This document shows, in pieces, positions 23,698-35,038 of a stretch of DNA of 51,575 bases. Under the pieces are notes generated by a model. It saw only the letters and a program-made list of their open reading frames with translations, was not told the origin of the DNA and searched no databases. The DNA is from Macrostomum lignano (taxonomy: Eukaryota): assembly GCA_002269645.1 (NCBI GenBank), contig NIVC01003536.1:1-51575 (forward strand). Reading direction: 5' to 3'. The position numbers and the translations under genes were made by a program. How positions within the stretch are numbered: the stretch's first letter is position 1; each line of letters begins with the position of its first letter.

Positions 23698-25380
23698 TTA
23701 AAAGTAGAAAGACCATGGAGTCTATTTCAAATACACACATTTTTCCTTTGTCTGGATCTTCAAATACACACATTTTTCCTTTGTCTGGATCTCCAAAAAT
23801 ATTCAGCCAATTGCCATGAAAATCCAGAACACGGGCTACAATTTTCCGCTCGATTCGATGAAGCAACTTCGAGAATCACGTAAAATCGGCATCGTCGAGA
23901 TATTCAACGATTCTCCTCGGGGTGTCTGGTGGCAAAAACCACCAACATTGGCAATTTTTTTCTGCTCACAAAATCTCATCATGAAACCACGTCGGCTCAA
24001 CAAACTATGCATATTAGTCGTAAAGGCCTTTGTTCTCAGCATCCCAGGCACCAGGGTCCCCTTCATCACTGTCTGGAGCATCGGCGGCGACCGTCGGGAC
24101 CTTCAACAAAAGCACCCGATCGGCGTCTCACAGACGGCTGCGTTCCCAAAACTGAAATGGAAGAATCCTCTTCTGCATGCAGCATTCAGTCAGTAGACAC
24201 AATCGGTGAATGAAATTGGACGATGGCGACCCTCTAGGCTGACATGTAGACATACAGGCGACCTTCGGGACCTTCAATGGAGTGCCACCACGCGGCCCCG
24301 ACGAGCTGTCACCCCCAACATCGTGATTTTTCTATCAAGGCACCAGACCAGGCATGTCTGCATATTATACAATGGTCCTGCACCATGTTCAGCATTCAGC
24401 TCTGTCTGGACGACCTTCGGGACCTTCAACGCAGTGCCACCACGCGGTCCCGACGAGCTGACACAGCCAACATCGTGATTTTTTCTATCAAGACACCAGA
24501 CCAGGCATGTTTGCATATTATACAATGCTTTTGCACCATGGTAAATTGGAAACTGCCGAAAATCGTCAGCGGACTGCCACAACGGACAAGCTCTACGGCA
24601 TCCGACACCTTTGTCAGTCAGCTGCGCCATGCTGTCCTATGCTGTCCTGCTGTCCTACGACGCCTACCTCTGCGTCGAGGAAACTCTGGTTGTCTACTGG
24701 GGTGTGGACTGTGACTGTGACTGTGACTTCTGAAGGAGAAGCCCGTCGCAATGGTGCCAAGCTGTTCCTGCTGACATCGGCTGGGAATCCAGAGATTCAG
24801 GATGACATGGACATCCGCTATGTGTTCAATGCGGAAATCTGCACAGGCAAAGGAACAATGCTGTCCACTACTTTTGCATCACAGGACTCCGATGCTCGGC
24901 TGGCCAAGGGCTCAGAAGTGTGGAATGGTGAGCAAGTTGTTTGCCGCTTGGCTGATCCATTCAGAGGACACTGGTACAGCATCACATGTGACAGATTCTT
25001 CTCGAGTCCTGCGCTGGCCAATCACTTGTATCGAGAAATGGGATTCACGTTTCTTGGAACAGCGATGCACACTCGTGGTGGCCTGCCAGCCGATCTCAAG
25101 AATTCAACTCAAAGCATGGCTCCACACACGAGCGAATTCCGGTTTTCTAAGGAGCTCCGTGTGTGTCCTACTGCCCCAAGACGGGCCCGTCTGTGAGACG
25201 CCGATCGGGTGCTTTTGTTGAAGGTCCCGACGATCGCCGCCGATGCTCCAGACGGTGATGACTTTTACGAAGATCGGTAATTCGGTTTGCGAGCTATCGT
25301 GAAGTGGGTCGTGTGTATTTGTAATACACCCCCGTGGTCTTTCCCCATGAGGAAAAAAAGCGTGGTCTTTCTACTGTTAA
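23698..25380. mobile_element. Internally deleted and rearranged piggyBac element with TTAA TSDs
   Basis: TTAA at 23698-23701 and 25377-25380. TIR (A/C)AGTAGAAAGACCA at 23702- and -25376, with a second subterminal copy at 25311-25343. Transposase-like translation inside. Confidence 0.85.
24750..25260 (+). pseudogene. piggyBac (DDE_Tnp_1_7-type) transposase catalytic-core fragment
   Basis: GAKLFLL...YVFNAEICTGK...GEQVVCRLADPFRG..ITCDRFFSSPALANHL...FLGT...LP..LK...TSEFRFSKEL; after a frameshift, SYCPK...RVLLL. Includes the second catalytic Asp motif (TCD). N- and C-termini are absent on this strand. Confidence 0.85.
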
Positions 25381-27204
25381 AGCAGACAGACACCACTGTA
25401 TGGTGTGAGACACTGTGAAACAGACACTAGGACACTTAGACACTACTGTAGGACACTAAGACAGACACTAGGAGTCTAAGACAGACTGACAGACAGGCAG
25501 ACAGGTGGGCGGACAGACAAAGCGAACTGCTCGGTCAGACGTACACAGAAGGCACAGGAGAAGCAGACAGAGAAGGAGTCAAAAACTGTGCAGTGGCGAG
25601 TCGAGTTTGTTGGAAACCGGGCCTTAAGGCGGTTTCTTGAGAGCAGCTCCTGTGAGAGAATGCCAGATAAGGCCGAATAAACTGAGAGCAGCTGCCTTCC
25701 TCCTGAGTGCCGCCGCGTATTTGCCTTTCATCTGCAAGCTGAGCCGCCTGCAGCGAGCCCAGCATATTTTCGAGCTTTTTAGCGGCCAGCTCAAGCTCAG
25801 ATGTGAGAGAAAAAAACGATTCAATGAATGCCTAAAGCAATCAGCCAAAAGCTCGCAGACTCTTCAGAATTAAAATTGATTGCGTCATCATTCGACTTCT
25901 CAGCTGGCGGTTTCTCCCACTCATTTTTTGCCTCGTCCCATGAGTAGAGCAAGCGGCGGTGAACTTTAAAAACGATTTGGGAGTTGAATGAACTGCGTGA
26001 AGGGCCTACTTAAATTCGACTGCCTGGGTGAGGGGGCGAGGGCTGGAGAGACTGAGAGATGACTTCAAGACCCACCTGGCTCCGTTCGCACCTCAGCACA
26101 GCTCGATACGAGATTGACTAGGAGCCCGCGAATTCTGGCTGCTGAGGCGCAGATCAAACATATTCAAGCATTGTCTAAGCTTAAAATTTGAGGCTCGAGA
26201 TTGCTAAATAAGATGTTCAAAACTGCAGCGTTGGGTTTTGAAAAGCACATTTGCGAAGCAAGTAGTTTCTGCTTCAGTTGTGTGGCTCGCATCTGCCGTG
26301 TGCGCTTGCCGCAATGCAGCAGGCAGTGTTGGTCAGCGGGTGTCAGTCCGTCAGCCTGCCTATCCGCTGCCACTAGAGGCCCGCACTCCCTGCCTCCCCA
26401 CTATCTCCCGTCTGCCTGCTCGTACTTCCCTCCGTCTGCCCCCCTCCCCTTCCCTGCCTCCTGCCCATCCTGCAGTTTCGCCTGTCCCGGACACCAGCGC
26501 AGTCGCAGCTCATTTGTCGCTGAATGCGCCTGCCCGCCGCAGCCCCCTCCGTTCAAGCCAGCGGCCACCCCGGCATCCCCTTGTCTGTCTGTCCGGCCAG
26601 TCCAGGGTCGGCTCCCAACACTGGCTCAGTCACCGCCTCTGCACCGGCTACACACACACACCCTTTCCCTCATTCGCCCCCCCCCCTTTAGGAGGCCCTC
26701 CCTGCCGCGCCCGGTCTCTCCCTCTCCCTTCTTCTCCTCCCTTATTCTAGAGCAAATCCCAAGTGCCACAAAGTCTTCCCCTTCGCCGCCTTGCCCGCCC
26801 GAATTTCGCCGTCTCTCCAACCGCCGGGAGTGTGCCTCGTGTCTTCTCATCCCGGCCTTGCCCGCTCCGGTACTCTCTCCTGCCTGTCCTCTGGCCCACC
26901 AGAATTGGGACACTCCCAACTCGAAAAGAGAGCTGCCTTGGAAAGTATCGAAATAAGAGATTATCAAAACCTCTCAACAGCGGCCGGGGGAAATCCTTCG
27001 GTAAAACTGCTTAGTCTGCCCGCCTGTGTCCCTTTCTCTCTGTCTCTCTCTCTCTCTCTACGTCATCAGCGTCTGCTGCCCGAGCATTTCAACACTAGAG
27101 CGTAAGTTTGTATAGTTTATTAAATAATTGTTTATGCAGTTACGTTGTATAGCTGAGTTAAGCAGTCTTGGTCGTGGTTAGTAAGTACGCAGGGGATTCG
27201 ATTT

Positions 27205-27277
27205 TCGGCAAGCCATTAAGGCAGTGGGCAGAGCAGCTCAGCGCCACGATCCCTGGTTCGAATCCATGCGGGGCCAC
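27205..27277 (+). pseudogene. tRNA-derived pseudogene or SINE-head-like fragment
   Basis: B-box GGTTCGAATCC at 27255-27265 within a T-arm-like CCTGG-TTCGAAT-CCATG; A-box-like GGCAGTGGGCAGAGC upstream. No complete cloverleaf or anticodon arm. Confidence 0.4.
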
Positions 27278-28501
27278 GTAATCATCACCACATAACATAA
27301 GGCCACACCCGCAGCCTTTCTTAGACTATTAATATTATATATTCTATAAATACACCCTTAAGTTCACATTGGTTTAGCTTTATGGATGTTCTAAACAGAC
27401 CATTCTAATGTGTTCTGTAGCTTACACGTGTACTTTTGACAGAGCCAGCCACTGCTGCTCAAACTGTCTATGGCCCAAATAAACTCGAGCCGTAAAAGGC
27501 CCAGCCGCAGCACTTTATTAAAAGACAAGCGGTCTTCATCTCGCCGCACGCGAGCCGCTTCAGTAAAGCTTGAAATACTCAGCTACGGCTGAGTATAGTC
27601 GGGCTCACCACTAAATGCACTTCAGTACATGTGTCCGCTACAGTTCCATATATATTTGAATGTGTTATAAATTTCCCAGCAGCTTGAGGTGAATGCATTT
27701 CAGTAACTCTAAATAGCCCGCTGTGTGAGTCAAACTTCCCAGCTTTAGCTGGCTAACTACTCACCATGCGTGTATTTTTAGCCACCAGCATTGCTCACCC
27801 CGCAGAGATGAGGTCATGCAGCCTTGGGAAGTGGGGGGGGGGTCGCATTGGAGAAGGAGGAGGGGGAGAGTTGCTGCGGGACAGCCTCTCTTTTCCTGTC
27901 GCAGTCGATTCTTTATATTGTATAAGTCCTTGTCCGTGTCGGAGACTCGGAGTGGAGCCACGTGCTCTTCGCTTGTTCGGCTTGAGCATGCCGCAGTTCC
28001 CGGATCCGATTTCGCCTCATCATTTTTTTCTCTCTTCAAGATTCTCTCGTGCCCCGCGGCCTTCTGTGCCAGTTTTTTTCTCTTCCTCTCTCGCGCTCTC
28101 TCCTAGAAGCCATCGAATTGCTTATCGATTTTATTCTGCAGAATAGGCTGAGAGAGAGGGAGAGACTGGGCGAGTACCCCCGACCGCGTTAGTATAATTT
28201 ATTATTTTTTAAAGGCTAATGTTCTCCAAGTTGCTTCTTACCGGTAGTAGGATATTTGTAAACTACAAGCGAGGCGCCTGTTTACAAAGAGGCGCTTTGA
28301 CAGGCGGGCGACTGTCTCTCGCTCAATGAACTTTATCTCCATCTATAATCCTCAGTGAGCATTCGAGCCCTCCTCTGCTTTCATTATTTGAGTGCTCGCG
28401 TCTTCTTACTGCCCCGCCCATCCGGCTCCGCCGCCTCTCTGCCGCTCCTCTTGTTGCCCATCGGCCAGCCATTTGCAGCGGCTAACGGTCTACTACACAC
28501 T

Positions 28502-28708
<207 letters not shown>

Positions 28709-29635
28709 CTTATTGCCAAACCCCAAAATCAGACTAGGGGAAGGGGAGGCTCGGGGCAGAAGTTTTGGGAGGTCTCTTCACATGCCTACCATGCTGCTGC
28801 AACCGACTGCTCACTTTACCACTCGCTCATTTCTCATTCTCCCTGTCTTCCTCCCCAATCTCCCTCAGCCCCGGAGACAGGCGAGGCTGGTTGCTGGCCC
28901 TGTTGAGGCCTGGGCCGCTGCTGCACTTTTTTGCTAGCTGGCGGGGATGCAGCCTCCCGAGTCTTTGTTGATTTATTGTATTGCCAGCCGCCTCTATTGC
29001 GAATCCCTGGGGTGGAATTGGACCGCTTCTGCTGGCTCCACTCGGTCCCCCCCCCCTGCTGCAATCTCCTCTCTGGGTAGTGCGAGCCCGAGCTCATTCA
29101 ATAAATATCTGCCTGAGCACTGCTCCCCTCTCTCTCTCTTCCCCCAGTTTTCTAAGATTTAAAAAACCCGCAGCTTACGAGAGTAATTCTCTTGCGCAAG
29201 TCGGCGAGTGAAGAGATGGGCCTGGCAGCGGTTCTATTTGCTTGCTATAATGAAAAAAGGGGAACGGGCAGTCTTGGGCTGCCGCCCCCCCCCTCTCTCT
29301 CTAGCGAGCCCTGTTTGAGCAAACACGCTGCGCTGTGCCTTCTATTTTCGAATTTGCCAGGAATTTTGACTTCTTATACAGTTGAGTAGTGAATGCTGGC
29401 TGCCGCTACAGCTGCCATGCCAGATATTAAATGGATGTTCGGTAATAAGGGATTTGCGAGCGCCTGTCATCGACCGGCTTGTAGCTGTGTCGGCTTATCC
29501 GGGAACCGGCTCGTTTTTGTTCCTCCTAATTAGGAAATGTTTAGAATCCCGTGTGCTTACACAAACGGCATGGGATTTCTTTATCAATGCAATTTGAGTA
29601 GCAGCATCTATGCACCATCTTTATAATCTCACCAG

Positions 29636-29878
29636 TTCGTCTCCGGAGTAAGAGGCCCCGGCGGCGGTTACATCAAACAGCATCAGCAACAGGTGCAGCA
29701 TTCTCAACATCCGTCAGACATGATTGTTATCCAACCGCAGCAGCAGCAGCCGCAGCCACCGCCGCCGCAGCATCAGCATGACTTGGCCGCTCCTGGCGAT
29801 CAAGCCGGAGGCCGCGGCCAGTTCCATCCAGGTGTGCCGCCCAAGGCTATCCTGTATGGCAGCTATGTTGAGCCCACG
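29636..29878 (+). CDS. Putative exon 3 (Q/P/H-rich, 81 codons, FVSGVRGPGGGYIKQHQQQ...YGSYVEPT)
   Basis: Acceptor CACCAG at 29635, donor GTGAGT at 29879, phase 0/0, open frame. Confidence 0.6.
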
Positions 29879-29931
29879 GTGAGTTCATTATAAAGCTCTG
29901 TGTATTGTTGCTGTTGGTAAGTGGCAGAGTC

Positions 29932-30745
29932 TTTGACCACTCTGATCTAGCCATTGACCACTTTGATCTAGTCGTTGACCACTCTGATCAAGTCATTAAC
30001 CACTCTGGTATAGTCATTGACCACTCTGGTTTGGTCATTGACCACTCTGATCTAGTCATTAACCACTCTGGTATAGTCATTGACCACTCTGGTTTGGTCA
30101 TTGACCACTCTGATCTAGTCATTAACCACTCTGGTATAGTCATTGACCACTCTGGTATAGTCATTAACCACTCTGATCTAGTCATTAACCACTTTGATAT
30201 AGCCATTGACCACTTTGATCTAGTCGTTGACCACTTTGATCTAGTCATTGACCACTTTGATCTAGTCGTTGACCACTTTGATCTAGTCGTTGACCACTCT
30301 GATCTAGTCATTAACCACTCTGGTATAGTCATTGACCACTCTGATCTAGTCATTAACCACTCTGATCTAGTCATTAACCACTTTGATATAGTCATTGACC
30401 ACTTTGATCTAGTCATTGACCACTCTGATCTAGTCATTAACCACTCTGATCTATTCATTAACCACTTTGATATAGTCATTGACCACTTTGATCTAGTCAT
30501 TGACCACTTTGATCTAGTCGTTGACCACTTTGATATAGTCATTAACCAATTTGATCTAGTCGTTGACCATTTGATCTAGTCATTGACCACTTTGATCTAG
30601 TCGTTGACCACTTTGATCTAGTCGTTGACCACTTTGATCTAGTCGTTGACCACTTTGATCTAGTCGTTGACCACTCTGATCTAGTCGTTGACCACTTTGA
30701 TCTAGTCATTGACCACTTTGATCTAGTCGTTGACCACTTTATCTA
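29932..30745. repeat. Minisatellite, 21-bp unit GACCACT[C/T]TGATCTAGTC[A/G]TT
   Basis: Direct reading; starts about 50 nt after the exon 3 donor. Confidence 0.95.
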
Positions 30746-33436
30746 GTCATCATTTTCAACCTGATCCCATCATTGTCTCCTCATGATTGGCACTGGCAGT
30801 TGTGCCGCATCATTGAGCTCCTAGTTAATCCAGTCAGTCATTCATACATTATCATGGGTAGCTGTGCTGGGTCATTGACTACCTACCTGATCTGGCCATA
30901 ATTGAGTATCATTATTGTCAGGTGATTAGCCACCTGGCTGGGGCCATAATTAACAATCAAATGACTCACTGTCCCCAAACAATATTTCTAAGACACGTAT
31001 GCACCCGTGCGGATGGGATAAATTCAGCTAATCTCCAATCATCCCTAGCCGCACGAAATTCTCAACCCCCGTGAGCAACCGGCCGCGATGATTAATACGC
31101 CAGATTCCGCCAGATAAGTCGGTGAATACTGCACCCGGAGTCGGGGTCTCAGGCTTACCAAAGGGAGATGCAGAGAGGGTCAGACAGTCAGACAGAATGG
31201 ATTGTCCAATCTGGGAATTTGGTGCGCTTTTTCTCCCAGCGGGAGACTCGGCAATGGGGGTGGGGGGGCATCATGCCAGGTGTATAAAGTCGATTCCCCT
31301 GCGCGACTGGAATCGAATGGGAATTTGGCCGCTATCGCCCTCTTCGGCTTTGCATTAATTATGCAAATGAGATGCCGCCGCGCCGGCAGCTAATTGTGTA
31401 GACCGGGCGTGTAGGGGTCGGCATGTCTTAGAAATTGCGGCTCAGTTCCCGCACTGGCTGAAGCAGTTTTTCTCTTTTCTTATTTAATTGATTGGAACTA
31501 AACACACACACACTTACACACTCGGAAATTGATGCTATTTTAAATTAGCCTCAATGCTACTGACTAGCATTAAATCCCTTGTGTGTGTGTGTTTTATAGC
31601 CGGTGAAAATGCCATCAGCTCAGCTTGGCGTGCGTGAGCGGGGACAGATAGGCCCGACTGTCCTGACTCCCAAGGATACAAGCAGATCAGGCCGTGTCCG
31701 GAGGACAGAAAGACAGGGCGGGGAGGAAAATGAACGAAAAGCTTTCGTTTTCCCAGTTTTTATTCGGGAAGCGGGGCAGCCAGAGCCGGGGATGGGGGGT
31801 TTGGCTGACGGCTTTTTACCTTGGCCTCGCTTTTAGTATTAAGTCACGCATGCCAGGCGATTTCGCGAGAGAATCAGAAAGCCGCTCGGCTTCAGGTCCG
31901 CTGGATTGGATTGGCAGATTCTTTCTCTAAAAAAAAACTGGACTTCTAACCCAAGCTAGTATAAAACAGCTTGATGAGGCAGGGCAGTAAAGAAACTGAT
32001 TGCTTATCGTTGAGTCACGTTCGTATGTGACTGCATATAGAAAATAAATTACTGCTGCGAAATTTGAGTAGCATTCCTGCTCAGTTATTTCATCTTAAAT
32101 TATTTAACACATGGCCGAACAAAATTGGCTGGCCAACTGTCAAGTTTGACGCCACTGTCTGCACTAATAATAACAACAATAGCATGCAGCTGTCAGGTGA
32201 CTTGACAGCTCTCCTGCTTGTCTCTTCTGTGGCTGTCCCGTATTTTCCGTGTCATTTTCCCGGAGCTAACCGTCCGCTTTGTGCAATCTGTTGCCTTTTT
32301 ATACGCATCCTCTGTTCTCTCGATAAATTTGATAAAATTTGCTCCGTCTACACTTGCACCGCACTACTCATTTGTAGCAGTAGTATGTTGCCAGCACGAA
32401 AACTAATGCAATTGTTAGTTGAGCGCAAGTCAAAGCCAGAATCGCTAAAGAGTCATTCTAGCCACTCACTAGTGACTCTTGCGACTCTTGTAGCTTTTTG
32501 ACGACTCAAACGATTCTGATGCGACGGAGAGGCGACTGTTTGAGTCACGAGCGCATCACGTGAGAGTCCAAGAGTCCAAGAGTCGACGGTGATTCTACAA
32601 ACGACTCTAGCATGTCTCAAACACGACTCTGCGCCCCAAAGTTGCAGGCAATAAAACGCCTCAAATTGGCTCTTTTGGCGACTTTTACTGTGAAACCTCG
32701 TCGTTTTAGAGTCGTCTAGGAGTCAGTTATTTCCTATTTGTACCTGTGCTACCTGCAGCGACTCTGGGGGCCTGGATACCGTTTTCAAGTCGAACTAGGG
32801 GATGCTCTGGTGTACAATATTGAATTATTTATTTGGCAGCTTTCTAATGAAATTGCCAATCCGAAATCTGCATTTGCAACTTTAATGCGCCCCGATAATT
32901 AATGCTTCTGCCAGTTGCAGTTGCAGTTGCTGGGTGGACGAATATTAATTAAATGGAGACTCCGCTGTCAAAGCCAGAATCGTGTGTGAATCAAAGTCGG
33001 CAAATGCCAACTAGTAGATATTTAGGCCCAGATTTCGGCCTGAGGGAAATTGGCTTGGCTTCTTCTATCTTCTTAGCCGTGCATTCGCGTGCACGCGCTG
33101 TGTTCAAACCTTGGGGGAGGGGGTGGTATCTGCGCCAAAGCATATTTACCTTGCTAGGAGAGCAGCTTCCAGGATGCTGCATCTTGCGCGTTTCCGCTGA
33201 GCAGCTGCTGAGTACTCAAGTGGATTCATTCCCGTCTTATTATTTATATTTCTCTTATTTCATCTGACGGTGCCAGGTGTGCTTGGCAGTGTGTTGTGCC
33301 TGAGTTTCCACTAGGGTCATATTTGTCTTGTTAAATATAAAACTCAATTTTGTGTCAGTTTTATGTTGTAGAGGAAATTTTCTATCAGTTTTTTATCTTC
33401 TTGTTCTTATTCTAGTATGACAGTTTTGGCAGCTCT

Positions 33437-33815
33437 GTATGACCATTTTGACTGTTTTGCGTGACCGTTTTGGCACTGTTAGATGACTGTTTTAACAGTG
33501 TTAGATTACCGTTTTGACAATGTTAGATGACCGTTTTGACACTGTTAGATGACCGTTTTGACATTGTCAGATGACCATTTTGACAGTGTTAGATGACCAT
33601 TTTGACAGTATTAGATGACCGTTTTGACAGTGTTAGATGACCGTTTTGACATTGTCAGATGACCATTTTGACAGTGTTAGATGACCGTTTTGGCAGTGTT
33701 AGATGACCATTTTGACAGTGTTAGATGACCGTTTTGACATTGTCAGATGACCATTTTGACAGTGTTAGATGACCGTTTTGGCAGTGTTAGATGACTGTTT
33801 TGACGGTTTTGCATG
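33437..33815. repeat. Minisatellite, 22-bp unit GTTAGATGACCGTTTTGACAGT
   Basis: Direct reading. Confidence 0.93.
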
Positions 33816-34440
33816 ACCTTTTCAGCTTAATTTTTGCTCGGTAACTGGGAGCACATAAGGAACTAAAATGAATACTTTCTCATTCATTAAGATTCCCAAT
33901 CCACTCAACTTCTTAAGCAGTAGCGGTTGTGGAACTGTCCTGGCAGCTGGTCACCTTGGGGAAAAGCCCGGACTGGATATCGCCTATTTTATCGTTCCAT
34001 CCTGCCTTGCCTTTGCGCCCAGATCCCCTGATGATCCTCCGGTCAGCCTTCCGCATCCGCCGCTTATTACTATCCTCTGCGCCCGCCCCTCTGTTTGCGG
34101 GACTCAGGGGGGTGGGATGGGCGCTATTGGAATTAAATCTGCCGGCCTGATTTGCATTTCTCCCAAAATGCTCGTCGCGAACGGGCCGGCGACAGTCGCC
34201 GCTCCTCCCCCTAGCGCTGCCCTCTCGCCGCTCAAGATCCCCCTTGCGAATCCAATTTCCTGGGCCAGCCCGGCTCGGGTTTGTTCTTCTTCCTGTTCTA
34301 CTGGTCTTCCCCTTCGCTGCCCAGATCCCACCCCGTCAGGCCGCTAATCCCCGAGCCCTGGGCTAATTGTCCCGTCTCTGTTTGCTCAGCCTGGCCTCCA
34401 TGCATCCATCCATCTTGGTATCGCATTGGCAGTTTAATAT

Positions 34441-34561
34441 GGCTGTCTGCCTGTCTGTCTGTCTTAGTGTGTCTGTCTGTCTGTGCCTGTCTGTCTGTCT
34501 GTCTGTCTGTCTGTGCCTGTCTGTCTGTCTGTCTGTCTGTCTGTGCCTGTCTGTCTGTCTA

Positions 34562-34622
<61 letters not shown>

Positions 34623-34639
34623 GCCTGTCTGTCTGTCTA

Positions 34640-34694
<55 letters not shown>

Positions 34695-34721
34695 TAGTGT
34701 GTCTGTCTGTCTGTCTGTGCC

Positions 34722-34810
<89 letters not shown>

Positions 34811-34839
34811 TTCTGTCTGTCTGTCTGTCTGTCTGTCTT

Positions 34840-34882
<43 letters not shown>

Positions 34883-34901
34883 TAGTGTGTCTGTCTGTCT
34901 A

Positions 34902-34940
<39 letters not shown>

Positions 34941-34989
34941 TAGTGTGTCTGTCTGTCTATCTGTCTGTCCGTCTGTCTGTCTGTCCGTA

Positions 34990-35038
<49 letters not shown>
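34441..35038. repeat. (GTCT)n microsatellite
   Basis: Direct reading. Confidence 0.97.

Noticed and set aside
29905-30579. 224-aa VIDHSDL heptad ORF resembling a beta-helix or LRR protein
   Set aside because: Product of a 21-bp intronic tandem repeat just after a strong splice donor; no non-repeat coding context.
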